Source: Octopus bimaculoides (taxonomy: Eukaryota). Taken from it: a stretch of 64,000 nt of DNA. Positions 1 through 14,383 of this stretch are shown here, piece after piece. Numbering within the stretch: the first letter of the stretch is position 1; each line of letters begins with the position of its first letter. The stretch lies in NCBI RefSeq assembly GCF_001194135.2, contig NC_068993.1:26285259-26349258 (forward strand), given 5' to 3'. The notes under the pieces were generated by a model that saw only the letters and a program-made list of their open reading frames with translations, was not told the origin of the DNA and searched no databases. The position numbers and the translations under genes were made by a program.

Positions 1-136
<136 letters not shown>

Positions 137-335
137 TTCTTTCTACTAAAGGCATATGGAATGATTTTTAAGCAGAAAGGATAAGTCGATTACATCAACC
201 CCAGTACTCGACTGGTACTTACTTTATCAACTCCTAAAAGGATGAAAGCAAAGTTAACCTCTGCAGAATTTGAATAAAGAATGTAAAGACAGATGAAAAG
301 CTGCTAAATAGTTTGACATGCCAGCTCACCACCTT
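137..335 (-). mobile_element. tRNA-derived SINE, family B
   Basis: The reverse complement has the head AAGGTGGTGAGCTGGCA, a box-B-like TTCAAATTCTGCAGAGG and the core AAGTACCAGTCGAGTACTGGGGTTGATGTAATCGAC. The same core recurs in many copies across the window. Confidence 0.75.
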
Positions 336-351
336 AATAATAATAATAATG

Positions 352-413
<62 letters not shown>

Positions 414-552
414 TACAATAATAATACTAATATTTCTTATTTATTTTTGACACAAGGGAAGTTTTGAAGGGAAGGAGAAGTCAATTATATTGACCCAGTA
501 CTTGACTGGTACTAAATTTTATTGAGCCCAAAGGAATGAAAGCTATTAATAC

Positions 553-682
553 TAATAACAACGATGATGATGATGATGACGTTGACAGCAACAACAATGA
601 TGACAAGAAGAAGAAGAAGAAGAAGAAGAACAAGAAGAACAAGAAGAAGAACAAGAAGAAGAACAAGAACAAGAAGAAGAAG
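553..682. repeat. Compound (GAT)n/(AAC)n/(AAG)n triplet repeat
   Basis: Seen directly; explains the poly-D/poly-K and poly-F/L ORFs at 481-733. Confidence 0.9.
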
Positions 683-1544
683 ATTTTCTTTATTAACCAC
701 CAAGGGTTGCTAAAGATATTGAGGATAGTTTAGGACAATAATGTCAAGGATTAAATAAAAGTAAAAGAGGAAAACAACAAAAATAAGAAAAATTCAAATG
801 AAGAATAATTTCCTGAAACAAGGAAGATCTAATCACTTAGACCCCGCAAAACCATAATCACCTTGACCTGCTCTCATGTTGACCTCCAATTTATAGATGA
901 ATGTTCAGAGCTAACTCAATCATTTGGGCCATGCTCTCATCCAGCTTTCTGCAAATTTGCTGGGAGTCAGCGCTTCCCTCTCCACTCCCATTTTCCAATT
1001 TGCAGTGAAACTAGAAAAATAGTTGATGAGGTTTGGGCCAAAGAGGAAGGTGTCTGTCCTACCTCTTGTCCACTACACAACCTCTTCTGCCAGTGCCAAC
1101 TGACAAATTATTTTACTGCTTTTGTGAATTCTCATGACACCCTCTCATCATCCAATCCCATTATTATAAATTTAAATTGAGAGCTTGAGTCATAGTGAAT
1201 CTTTCATTAACCTATTACACAACCATGGACACCACCTCTATGAATGCATTGTAGTTCCTCTCTTGATAGAGCTTGGTGATCCTGACCATTGATTTTCTAG
1301 GATTCCTCTGCTCAGCATCAATGTAAGAAGCACTGTTCACTCAGTTAAGCTCTTCTGCTACCCCTTCGCAATCCACCATGTTGCAGTTCCATGACTTTGC
1401 CGTATCCTTGGCAGGGTAACTAAATGGGTGCTATACCTTGCCAAAGGGTAGCCTGTAACAAGCAGGGCACGGTTGTCAATCCATGAAGTATTTTCAAAAT
1501 AGCTGCAAATCCACACCTGACAAATAAAGTCTGCCTTTTTCACT

Positions 1545-2031
1545 TTTAAAAATAAAAGGACACATCATTACATTGACTAAAGTAAACCTAGATATACTAT
1601 GCCTGAAAAAGAAAACAGGATGGTCACATTTAGAATATTATTAGTTATAAATTTGCTCAGTTAGAGCCAATCTAGACTTAAACAACAAGAACAACATCAT
1701 TATTATTATAGTCATCCCCCTCTCCACCTTCATTTCTGCTGTATTATGTCTCCACCAAAATAACCAGGAGTTAAAATAGGGACTTCTTGGTAATTGCTTA
1801 ATGTGCTAGAAATAGCAGCCAAATTTTCCTAAACTCAAACATTCTACTGTCTTACGCAAATGCAAAAATTACAATTTATCATGTAGTCCTAGTTAAATAA
1901 GATGTGATGGTCATGGCTACAATAGCTTCGATTATAGATCTGCTTTTATAACCAACCAATCGGCAATGAGTACCCACCACTACTGCCACTATCAACCCCT
2001 TCACTACCCCCACCACCAACACAACTACCAC

Positions 2032-2077
<46 letters not shown>

Positions 2078-2400
2078 GTCGTCGTTGTCATCACTAACAA
2101 TTGCTACCAATACATCACTGCCATCACAACAGCTACCATAACAATCTCCAAAATAACACAACAACAACCAAAACAAACTTCTAGAAGCCAATAAGGGAGA
2201 GCTGCCATGCAGTCTGGTCAGTTAGAAATAGTAGTCGAAACATCCTCAAATCCTACTATGTCATCTACAAAGACCAAAGGGCACATTTTAATACAAAATA
2301 CACATTATCTGAAAACAAAATGGGATGGTCATGGTTGGAATGCATTAGCTCCTAGGTTCGTTGTTTAGCCAACCTGGGACTAAACAAAAGCAATATTAAC
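1545..2400 (+). repeat. Three decayed copies of a short interspersed repeat (GATGGTCATGG core), separated by CAT/CAA-rich tracts
   Basis: GGATGGTCAC (~1619), GATGGTCATGGC (~1907) and GGGATGGTCATGGTTGG (~2322). Two copies are preceded by TAGAAATAG(C/T)AG(C/T)C(A/G)AA. A reverse copy lies near 36400-36590. Confidence 0.5.
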
Positions 2401-4109
2401 TCCCATCTCCCCCATTATTAAAATAACCACCACTACTATGACTAACACTGCTACCACTCAACAACTATATCCACAACCACCTCTCTGTCACTACTATCCC
2501 TATACCATAACAGTAACCCCTACCATCACCACTGCTACTATTACCACCGCCACAACAACAATCACTATTACAACAAAGCAACCACCATTACCACAACAAT
2601 GTATTGATGTTCAATACTTTTAATGAAATAATTAAAAAAAAGAAAACAGAATTCAATAATTTTACATCACCCCCTTCCATGTTGAATAATTTATGGACAC
2701 AGACTGATGTCTGTGTGTCATCGCCGACATCCTCCGCCTCCTTCTTCTTTACCTCTTCCACCTCCTCCTCACCACCACCATCATCACACCCGCCATCACT
2801 GTCACCAAATATATAGGAGCTACTACTTGAAATAAGACATGACTGAAAGCAGCAGTGAACATTGTAAAATGGTCAAGTGATTTTTTTATCTGTTGTTCTG
2901 TGTTCAAGTCTTGCTATGGATGTGGCCCATGAACAAAATACCAGTAAAACAGTAAGTACTATTTCTATGTTTAGGAAATGAAATGTGGCAAACTTCTCAT
3001 TTAACTGCACCAAATTCACTTCTCTCAGAAATCTCTGGTTAGAGCAGAGCCTGGATTTTAGCATAAGCTAAATAAGTTAAAGTTTAGGGTTGTACAATCC
3101 ACATAAACCTAAAAAATTTAAGGAAATTTGTAAAAATGTGTGAAAGAGGCCTAAAAACCTGCTACCATAGTTTACATGTATGTCTAGTAACAACAGCAAC
3201 ACACACATGTTTATTTGCATATATTTATTTTTCAAATGAACATAGTTAAAATTTAGTGGTTAGCTTTTGTTTAAAATTTGATTTAAATGGACAGTAAAAG
3301 ATTTAAGATAAGTAATAGGAAGTAATATTTTACACAGGCATATTTTGTGTTTTTTTGGCTTACAGTGAAGAAAACATTTGAGACTGAACATCAGTAATGA
3401 AGAAAACAACTGCTTGAGATACAACAAGCAAATGTAACACTTGAGACAAGTATTTTAATCCAGCAACAGACAAGGATCAGCAAACTCGAGAGGATCAATA
3501 TAGACCAAACCAATTACAGCCCAGGGTTTCACTTATTGAGACAACAGAGCCTGAAATCTCTGTTGTGGAAACTCTGGAAATGATGCAAATGTGAGCATTG
3601 CAGAGCAATAGTCAACTTGAAATAAACAGAATGTCTTAACTGGTTCCTTAAGTATCCTCTTCACAGTGTCAATACTGGAATGATCATTCACAAACTCTAA
3701 GCAATTATTAAAAAATCTAGATATTTTTACTCCTCTCCATACTAGTATTTTCCTTCAACCACACTTCCACCTTGTTCATCACTCACTATATTCACATCTT
3801 CCTCCATCTTTAACCATCTGTTACTCCTCCTTTGCCACCTTATGAAAGTGTCTACTCTCTCATCCCTGCCCATGACCCACTGTCTGTATCCTCCCTTATG
3901 CTCAACCGCTTGTACTTTGAGAGTTTGCTCTAGCACCCCATCACTGCCTTTCTTTTATCTCCTTCAGCCATGTATTTGATCTACAGATAGACTCCTGTAT
4001 TTGTCCCTGTATCATACACCTAGCCTTTCAGCACCTGGCATGAAGCCACTGGCCTCCATCGGTCCCTCTGAAATATTCCCCTCTTTTTTCCCATTCTTTT
4101 TCTGTCTTG

Positions 4110-4322
4110 CAACGTTACTAGTGCAGAGGCATGAAAAACAGCACCCAGTACACTTTGTAAAGTGGTTGGCTTTAGGGAGGGCAATCAGTCATAGAAACTC
4201 AGCCAAACCTGAAAATCTAGAGATTGATGAGGCCTTCCAGCCCACCAGTTCCTGTCAAACTATCCATCCCATGCCAACATAGTAAATAGATATTAACCGG
4301 TGATGATGAGAATGAGGATGAT
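4110..4322 (+). mobile_element. 3' tail of RTE-related LINE/SINE family (old copy)
   Basis: GCACCCAGTACACTT...GTGGTTGGC.TTAGG.AGGGCA.TCAG...CCATCCCATGCCAACAT...(GAT)n matches the less decayed copy at 62679-62903. Confidence 0.55.
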
Positions 4323-4754
4323 GTTCAAATGGTTTCCCATATGTAACCCTGTTTTAGGACTGCTACCCTGCATACCTACATGTCATAAGAGCAAGTTAAA
4401 GAATTGGCAAATGGAAGTGCATTAAATGTCAGAAAAACTATACAACTAATGCCAAAATCGAAAAGCCACACTAAAATGCTGATGATATTGTTCAAAGGGT
4501 CTTTTTCAATCTGAAAAATTAATGGTATTAAATATGATTGAGAATGATTAGTGTACTTTGCAACAAATAGCAGTATTTATTACTTCGTCTGTAAGCTTTT
4601 TATAATTCAAAGTCATAAAAACTATGAAGAGCTTAGACCAGTTTTATTACCGTACTTGACAAGAAAGCAAAGCTCAACTTCAGACTCAAGACTAACAGAA
4701 GAAATAAAAACAGAACACTATTGCATACATGTTTTGAGGGTGTTGTTGCATGGA

Positions 4755-4823
4755 CATACATACATACATACATACATACATACATACACACACACATACA
4801 TACATACATACATACATACATTC

Positions 4824-4854
<31 letters not shown>

Positions 4855-4902
4855 CACACACACACATACATACATACATACATACATACACACATACATA
4901 CA
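4755..4902. repeat. (CATA)n microsatellite
   Basis: Seen directly; abuts the 5' end of the R4-like fragment. Confidence 0.95.
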
Positions 4903-5323
4903 TATGCTGAACTATTGAGAAATTTGCAGTTATTCTATCCACATTACAGGTTTATACCTGTAATTATTGGAGCACTGAAATATGTAACACTGCCTAAATA
5001 CCAATCTTGAGAAATTAGGCTTCTCAAAACTAGAAAAGAGAAAGCTGATTCAAAAACTACAGATCCAAGACATCACTAGAACTGTAAAAATCTGTAAAGC
5101 TTTTTAGAAGTTTATCATTTAAGTATATATGAGCATGTTTAGATATGCAACTATATGCATGAGAACATATACATAAAATAAAACATACAAATCTGCACAT
5201 ATTCATACATACAAAAATACCCTGTTGTTGATGTTGAAATTCCAATGTAGGAGCCTTGGATGTAGGTTAGAAACTGGCTCTTTCTCTATTGGCTAGAAAT
5301 CTTGAAATAATATTGAATAATGA
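4903..5323 (+). mobile_element. 5'-truncated R4/Dong-clade (RLE) non-LTR retrotransposon, 3' end; (CATA)n-associated family
   Basis: Translates as YAELLRNLQLFYPHYRFIPVIIGAL...LEKLGF...LIQKLQIQDITRTVKICK, the C-terminal 'PVIIGALG...LQ...GT.KI' signature of RLE elements. Clearly homologous to 14006-14359. Ends ...AATAATGA then CATACATAC. Confidence 0.75.
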
Positions 5324-5574
5324 CATACATACGCACATGTGTATGTATGTATGCATGTTTGCATATTTGTATGCACATCTGCAATTTGTATGTATGTATA
5401 TGAATGCATACATAAATAAGTATATTACCAGAATGTGGCCTAGCTTTTAGGGGAGACAATAAAACTTTGGGACCACAAAATAATGGCACCTGCTTGCTAG
5501 AATTAATTTGATCTGCTTTCTTCCTGAAACAATATGGAAAGATGATCTGGGTTTCCTTTATTAAGGATTTTAAA

Positions 5575-5787
5575 TTAATGATTTCAAATTTTGGCACAAG
5601 AGCAACAATTTTGGTGGGAAGGGGTAAGTCAATTGCATCAATCCCAGTGCACAACTAGTACTTATTTTATTGACACCGAATGGATGAAAAGCAAAGTTGA
5701 CTTTGGCAGAATTTGAACTCAGAATAGGCAAAATGCCACTTAAGCATTTGCCTGGCTTGCTAAGGATTCTGCCAACTCGCCACCTTT
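5575..5787 (-). mobile_element. SINE family B
   Basis: CCCAGTGCACAACTAGTACTTATTTTATTGACACCGAATGGATGAAAAGCAAAGTTGACTTTGGCAGAATTTGAACTCAGAA, ending GCCAACTCGCCACCTT. Confidence 0.75.
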
Positions 5788-6047
5788 AGCTTATGACAAA
5801 TGGAGTAAGAGAATCATTTTTGAATGATATAGAAAAGGCAGTATATTTCAGTGTACTAGAACTTTACCATGTGAAACAATTAACTGTTTATTGCATGTTA
5901 TTTAAGACATGGTGAGGGTTTACCTGTTGAACTCTTCCTAATCATATCGGTGAAGTAAGAAAAGTTGAATTCATTAAGTGATGAAGATAGTTTAATGATA
6001 ATCCAGCAGAAATGGTTGGTAAATGCAATGGAATGAAACAAAAATTC

Positions 6048-6515
<468 letters not shown>

Positions 6516-7196
6516 TACACAAGGATGATTTGTATATTCTCTGTAGTGGACATCACTGCACTCACTAAATCCTGCCAATGAAATCATTTTGCAATAAATT
6601 ACAGATTAGATGCAGTTAAATCTTTTACTGTTGTCTAGGAAGACCGTGTTGTTGAATGCAGATTTCAGGGTACCAAAGACACCAGGGTACACAAAATGGG
6701 AAGTAAATGCCAAAGCTGTGCTTGCCATGATATGAATTAGACATCAATCATAGACACACTGACTCATCTCCTTACTGATGGAAATGGAAAGGGTAATATA
6801 AGAATACAAAGTGACACTCTTTAAAAAGATAAAAATGGAGGAATTGGAAGTTTTTGCAGGCTCTAATTATCAACTGATTTGCTAGAAGACTTCCAACTGG
6901 TTATACTTATCATGTGTATATGTCTGGTATACATCACCCACTCTCTTTGTATGATATTTTTGTGGAAATATTGAGCATAAAGCTTAATCCAAACTGGCTG
7001 ATAGGAAATACAAATATTCAGAACAAGAGAAAAACAAACAAGTTAACTGATGTGCATGAGATTGATGGAGAGCTTTCTTCTAGAGATACACTTCAAGCAA
7101 AATCCTTCCTTCTTAAAATAGATGTCATGGAAGTAAACTTGAGCAAAAGAGCAACACTAAAAATGGCAGAAGAAAATAATCTCTAATGTATTTTAA

Positions 7197-7417
7197 CCCT
7201 TGAGCACTGTAACTGGCTATGACTGGCCCAAATACTCTATCTGTTTAATGTCCAAACCAGCTAGATCTGGCCTTTCACACCTACTCTAAAATGTCATTCT
7301 GAAAATAAACAATCACATCATCAAAATTTCCAAGCTGCAAGATGATGCATGATTAATTCAAAGCAATGTGAATAAATAAGCATTAAACTTGATAGAGTAA
7401 TCCTGAATGCTAAAAGG
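7197..7417. mobile_element. piggyBac-type MITE
   Basis: TTAA|CCCTTGAGCA ... TGCTAAAAGG|TTAA: TTAA on both sides (7193-7196 and 7418-7421) and imperfect short TIRs; no ORF. Confidence 0.7.
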
Positions 7418-9322
7418 TTAAAGGAATCTTGAATTTCAATATGTGTAAATCAAAAAATCAACAATGAACCATTAGCAGACCCCATGTTTTCACTCCCTGT
7501 ATATAACAAAAGTTAATGCGTTTGTTTTCAATTTGTAATTTATATGCCATCTCTAATATTCCTTTGTTTTACAATTTTTCTAAACTTAAATTGGCTTCTA
7601 TAAGTTATACCAAAACAAAATATAGTTAGATATGTCTAGGAAGCTGTTTTGAGTGTCATCTGCTGTAATATAACTGGAAATAACAGCATCATCAGATACT
7701 CTAGTTCTAAAACAACATCTATATCAGAGATCTTTTCAGACATGAGACATTCTTAAGTAGCAATATACAGGTGTGTGGTACATAGCATCTAATCAGAAGT
7801 TTATACTTTTATGGAATTTCATTATATGCATTTCAAATTTAGCTGCTTTCATAACAGTTAATGCTTTTGGTGTTAGGAAAGTGTTGAGGAAATTTATGAT
7901 TATGAAAAGGATAATGAATATGCAATTATGTGTATGTTGGATGCCCAATGTATTTCAACTAGGGTTGTTGATACTGGAGTTATGGAGCCAGAATTACAAT
8001 CAGTAAAAATGTACTAACTTTGATGCTGGATAAAAGTAAATCAAATGTCATGAGTTGAAATTTTCAATTTCACAGAAATTAATTTAATTGTTTTCTGCAC
8101 AGAAAATAATCAGGTTTAAGGGCTTCAATGAAGGCTGATCTGATAGAAGCAGTTCTTTCTCTTAGAAGAAAATGTTAATAAATTTTAGATTTGAACTTTT
8201 GTTTTAAACTCCTCTTCTACAAATGCAAAAATGTTTGTAAGGATAAATGTCTTGATCTTTTACATTAGAATATTTGTTTAATTTAATGTTATCTTTTATA
8301 CTACATTCACTTCAATTTTATATTTAAACAAAGCATTAACCTCAAAAAAGGGCTATGTATCTGATTCCAATTATTTATTTTAAAATAGTCATTTGTTGAA
8401 GTTATTCCAGATGTTCAGTCTTTTTGATTTCATCTCAATGTCCTTTTGATTTTGTATTGGTAAACAACAATACCCATGATTTTCTTTATAAAATTTGAAT
8501 AATTTATTTCTTTTTTGTTCTTTTACTTTTGATAAAACCAATCTCTTCCTAATTTTTATATGCTTTGTTTTGTATTTAATTGTTTGTAATTTCTTTATCA
8601 AATAAAAAGCCTTTAAACCCAAATTTATCAGCCTCTTTAGAACTAGAGACAGTTACTCATTAAACCACTAATATACAGTAATGGCAGGTATCACTGGTGG
8701 TTGGTGTGATACCAATCCAAACATGGTATAACAAAGAAAGAGAGTGTTCAACTAGTATTTTACAGGGAAATAATAAGTGTCTTAGAAAGGCTGAATGTTC
8801 TACTAGAGGAAGTATTTAAGTTGGTAAGTGTAAATACAAGCCAGGTGTTATATAATACATAGATATGAACTTAACCAATACAATCTTAGTTTATGTCAGT
8901 AAGATATTTAATGTAATTTATGCATAGGATTTAGACTTACTATGTTTATTCTGGCTTTAGAATAAGTACAGCTTACCTTCACGTGTTGTTAGAAACAACT
9001 AAAAGAATTGGCAACAGGAAGAGCATCTGGCCATAAAACACTACCCCAGAAAAACTATCCAGCACTTGTCACCACTGAAGAGAAGATGTAAAACACTGAG
9101 GGGGGAGGGGGGATGATGATGATGGCGTCACATTATATTAAGACATCTGTGTCAAATGCAACAAATTTCAACTGGTCTTGTCTTAGACATAATACCACAA
9201 AGGGACTAATAAATAGCTAACAAAAAACATAGGAAATTTAGTGCTTTGTCATTAGCCTGTGCCATAAATATGGAATAGTGTTATATACACACACAAAACA
9301 AAAACACACACACACATTATTC

Positions 9323-9373
<51 letters not shown>

Positions 9374-10398
9374 TGTATGTATGTATGCATATATATATAC
9401 ATACATATATACATGTACATATATACACATACATATACACTTATATATATATACACACCACACATACACACATAACTATGTATGTATGTATATTTCTAAT
9501 CTAATTTATCTACATTTAGGTATGTGTATATAAGTTGACACAATGGAGTGCAAACATAGAAAAGTTAAAGAGAGAGAGAGAAGGAGAAAGAACTGAATAG
9601 GGGAATAGATGATTAGTTATACAGATTTACATACAGACTTGCATATATACATGACTATAAAAAAATGATTTGAATAAACAATTCAGATTTACAATTTCAG
9701 AATGTTTCACTTAAAAGAGTCTTGTGGTGGTAGTAAATTATTTTATAAAATTGTATTGCTTTCACCTTATATTACCCTCTGTTTCTCTCGTTCATTCACC
9801 TCTAGCTTCCTCTTTTCTTTAGTAATCTATTCTTGTGTGTGTGTGTGTGTGATTATGTTTATGTAATTATATTTTCAAATAAAATGGGCACACACACATA
9901 TATATACAGACACATATATACAAATAAAATTACAGATATACATAAATATAACCATGTGTGTGTGTGTGTGTGCGTGTGTGTGTAATTTGTGAGTGTGTTT
10001 TTGTATAGCAGTTGTATTGTAGTCTAGCCATTGTAAATGTTAAAAATCACATAACCAATGTTGCCTTCTCTTTTGCTTAATGATTATTTTGCAATAATGA
10101 TATATATAATTAAGTATCAGAGACTTTTGTCATATATCTATGACCTGGTCACTAATATTCTGTTTCTTTGTATTAGAATATCAAGGACCAACATAGGATG
10201 AAAGACTTTAATGCATAATGACATGTATTATTTCACGATGATGATGATGATGAAAATAATTCTTTCCACAATAGGCACAATGCTTGAAATTTGGAGGAAG
10301 TGGAACTAGTGGATTAATTGACCCCACTGCTCAACTGATAGTTACTTTATCGACCCCAAAAGGATGAATGGCAAAGTTAACCTTAGTATAATAATATT

Positions 10399-10450
<52 letters not shown>

Positions 10451-11282
10451 CAGTACCAAGCAGTGGCTCTCATGGCTTTTGATCTTAATTGATTGGAAGT
10501 GTTATCATGTACATTGTTTTGTCTTGGTATAAAAGGTGGGCTACAGCAAATATTCTGCTCAATACCACAGATTTGCTTGTCATTTGTTTGACCTTAACCA
10601 GTTGAGCATGTCCCTTGATGGCTGACGATATGTGCATCTCTGATCATGAGCAGAAGTAGTGGGAGAGCATCATAGCCATGTGTTGAGAGGAATTCTTTGG
10701 GGTTTGAATAATTCACCTNNNNNNNNNNNNNNNNNNNNNNNNNNNNNNNNNNNNNNNNNNNNNNNNNNNNNNNNNNNNNNNNNNNNNNNNNNNNNNNNNN
10801 NNNNNNNNNNNNNNNNNNNNNNNNNNNNNNNNNNNNNNNNNNNNNNNNNNNNNNNNNNNNNNNNNNNNNNNNNNNNNNNNNNNNNNNNNNNNNNNNNNNN
10901 NNNNNNNNNNNNNNNNNNNNNNNNNNNNNNNNNNNNNNNNNNNNNNNNNNNNNNNNNNNNNNNNNNNNNNNNNNNNNNNNNNNNNNNNNNNNNNNNNNNN
11001 NNNNNNNNNNNNNNNNNNNNNNNNNNNNNNNNNNNNNNNNNNNNNNNNNNNNNNNNNNNNNNNNNNNNNNNNNNNNNNNNNNNNNNNNNNNNNNNNNNNN
11101 NNNNNNNNNNNNNNNNNNNNNNNNNNNNNNNNNNNNNNNNNNNNNNNNNNNNNNNNNNNNNNNNNNNNNNNNNNNNNNNNNNNNNNNNNNNNNNNNNNNN
11201 NNNNNNNNNNNNNNNNNNNNNNNNNNNNNNNNNNNNNNNNNNNNNNNNNNNNNNNNNNNNNNNNNNNNNNNNNNNNNNNNNN

Positions 11283-11549
11283 CCCCAAAATGGCTGAAGT
11301 TCAAAAGATAGTGCTCATGGGAACTGCCCATATCCTACGTAAAATACTGTCTATGTGATCTCAAATTTTAAAGCAAACACATAATTTTCTTATGGTTTCT
11401 TAAACATTCACTTGAACAAAACTGTACAAATCCAAATATATGGTACCCTAGGCATAACACCTACATGAACTTCTAACTTGTTGTCTCTTGAGGTCTCTGG
11501 GTGAGACTTGGATCCAACTTGTACAAATGCAAAACAAAAGTCAAACATA
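11283..11549 (+). mobile_element. R4/Dong-like retrotransposon 3' end followed by (AAT)n
   Basis: PKMAEVQKIVLMGTAHILRKILSM* is the typical RLE-element C-terminus (cf. LQK.A.LGTA.ILRK.L), followed by a ~190 nt 3' UTR and (AAT)n. The 5' part is lost in the N gap. Confidence 0.7.
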
Positions 11550-11550
11550 A

Positions 11551-11600
<50 letters not shown>

Positions 11601-12222
11601 GGGAAACCATCTGGGATGGTATATCAAATGGCAGATTGAACCTTTATTTGTTACTGTTAGAAATAGCAACACGATACATAGTGAAAATGTGACATTTAAG
11701 AAACAAGATAGCAAACAAAGATAAAACAACTGGAAAATGAAAACGATGCATGGACAATATATCAGAGAAATCAAAGGGAAAGATAAGACCAACACCTGAT
11801 GGTGGCTAAGGAAAAGTGGTCTGAAAGGAAGCACTGAGGCATTGATATGCAGTGCCCAGGAACAAGTTCCAAATAGATAAAAGCAGTGAGTCATCCCTTT
11901 GTAGGAAGTGTATCAGCAAAAGTGAAACAATATCACAGTGTAGCAAAAGGAATACAAAAGGGGGCATGATAATGTGGCTAAGTTTGTTTACTGGAGATTG
12001 TGTGAGAAGTATTGTCTTAAAAAAACATGGAAATTGTACAACCATAAATCAGAAGGCATCACTGAGAATGATGAGTTTAAGATCTTATGGGATTTTACAA
12101 TCCAGTGTAACTCCCTGATTGATGCTCAGAGACCAGACATTGTTGTAGTGAATAAAAGGAAGAAGGAAACCAAGATCGTAGATATTGCCATATCTGGGGA
12201 TACATGAGTGAGTGACAAATTT
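11601..12222 (+). mobile_element. R4/Dong-like fragment: zinc knuckle and restriction-like endonuclease (pseudogenised)
   Basis: MHGQYIRE...WWLRKSGLKGSTEALICSAQEQ...LCRKC..KSETI...HDNVAKFVYWRLC...ENDEFKILWDFTIQCNSLIDAQRPDIVVVNKRKKETKIVDIAI (RPD...D motif). Contains frameshifts and stops; starts immediately after (AAT)n. Confidence 0.85.
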
Positions 12223-13159
12223 TGAAAAGCTAAATATCCTTCTTGAATATCATGTATACTATCAAGTTTGGTAAGTGCCTGATGACATGCCACTCTGCAC
12301 TATTAAGCCATGGGTAAATCTAAATAGTTCATTTGTAATTTATCACACATAATTTTGTGCGTGTGTGTGTGTGTGTGTGTGTGTTTGAATATACATACAT
12401 ATTTTGTTATCATCACCATTGTTTTAATGTCTACTTTCACACACTGGTATGGATCTGACAGAATTCATTGAGATTCTTCCCTGGCCTGATGACATTCTTA
12501 TTGATACTCCTCACCAGTTATCATTGAAAATAATGTTTCCAAGATAATATTTCCTAATGAGCCACACAATGGGACAAAACCTGAAGCCATGTGGTTAGGA
12601 AGTAAACTTTATGACCACATGACCATGTGAACACACACACACATTCATGAGCACGGACCTGAACAATGTTCATATAAAAATCAGCAACTGTCCAGGCAGC
12701 AAATCTTTTCCCTTTCCAACCACTAATATTACTGAAGGAAAAAGTGTTGACACAAAAGTTGCAAAAAAATCAAAGCTGAGAACAATGTTGGATTGGTTTA
12801 GAGATTCTGATATTAAATTTAGCTTTAGAATTTACTTAAGAAGCCTTTCCTAGGAGTGGATATGGTTACAAGCAGCAGAAGTTTGAAATCAGAATTTGAC
12901 TTTGGATGAACCACCTCCCTAGGCTGAAGCTTAGGTTCCATCGACTTGAAGCTTTGATTTAATATTCTCAGCACCTGGCTGTTCCTCTTATTAGTAAAAA
13001 CAGATCCATAGAAATTAGTGATTAGGCCATATGAGAAAGACACAAGTTGTAACTGGTCGTTGAAGCTTTCTGAAAGATGTGTCATAAGGAGCACTTTTAT
13101 AGTAGCAGGCACCAGCCCCTACCACCACCAGTTGACTTCATTACTTTAATGCATGCATA

Positions 13160-13213
<54 letters not shown>

Positions 13214-13265
13214 NNNNNNNNNNNNNNNNNNNNNNNNNNNNNNNNNNNNNNNNNNNNNNNNNNNN

Positions 13266-13307
<42 letters not shown>

Positions 13308-14005
13308 GTAGACACCATTGACAGGTTTATAAATAACTTAAAACAAATAACACCTCTGATTAAAAAGTATTTTAGTCTCCACCACCTTTATAAAAGCTAT
13401 TAATGTATATTTCAGACAAAACGCTAATATTGAATGTGTGTACAAGTGAAATGGTATCTCAGTGAAAATATGTCTACTCATGCAACGTGATATATGATAT
13501 TACGAAAATATTAGAGAAACAGTAATAATACTATAGATAAAATAAATAATTATATAACTCTAGATAAACTATAAGGGAAACAATAATATAACTCTAGATA
13601 ATTCAGTTGATGTATCAGTAATTCCACCACAATGTTTTCACTCTAATACCAGATTCCATAACAGAAGATAAACAATTCAAATATGAAAGAAATTTTACAC
13701 AATCATCACTTGAGATTTCGTTGATGTTCAAGCAGGTCTTTGGTCAAAGGGCCTATAGTTTTTTATTCAGACACAGAACATCTAGAACTACACTATTCAA
13801 TGTTGCCTTTCCAAAAAGACTGTAATCTTATTGAACGATTTAGTTGTTATTTCTAGCAAATAAAACAACTACATAGAAACTTCATAGTTGATTTAATTTA
13901 AGTATTTTATATATCTGGTGTCACATTACACTCAGAGACAAAGTTCTGGCATTTCCCATACATACATATGTATATACGTATGTACATACATACATACATA
14001 CATAC

Positions 14006-14359
14006 TTATTGGGGCACTGGGATATGTAACACACTGCCTAAATACCAATCTTGAGAAATTAGGCTTCTCAGAACCAGAAAGGAAAAAGCTAATTTGAAGA
14101 CTACAGATCCAATCCATCACTGGAACTGTAAAAATCTGTAAAACTTTCCAGAAGTTTATCATTTAAGTATATACGAGCATGTCTAGATATGTAACTATAT
14201 ACATGAGAATACATACATAAAACAAACAAATCTGCACATACATACAAACAAAAATACTCTGTTGTTGATGTTGAAATTCCAATGAAGTAGCCTTGGATCT
14301 AGTTTAGAAACCGGTTCTTTCTCCATTGGCAAGAAATTTTGAAATAAACTGAATAATGA
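14006..14359 (+). mobile_element. 5'-truncated R4-clade element 3' end, flanked by (CATA)n on both sides
   Basis: LIGALGYVTHCLNTNLEKLGFSEPERKKLI*RLQIQSITGTVKICKTFQKFII*; homologous to 4903-5323; (CATA)n at about 13984-14005 and at 14360-14383. Confidence 0.8.
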
Positions 14360-14383
14360 CATACATACATACATACATACATA

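Noticed and set aside
3366-3590. Candidate exon after TTACAG with a coiled-coil-like translation
   Set aside because: All frames contain stops shortly after the acceptor; no family recognised.
7873-8020. Protein-like stretch ESVEEIYDYEKDNEYAIMCMLDAQ after a TTAG acceptor
   Set aside because: Not recognised, the donor is ambiguous and no partner exon was found; would need RNA-seq or BLASTX.
12825-13112. 95-aa minus-strand ORF in unique sequence
   Set aside because: No recognisable domain and no convincing splice-site pair; length is compatible with chance.
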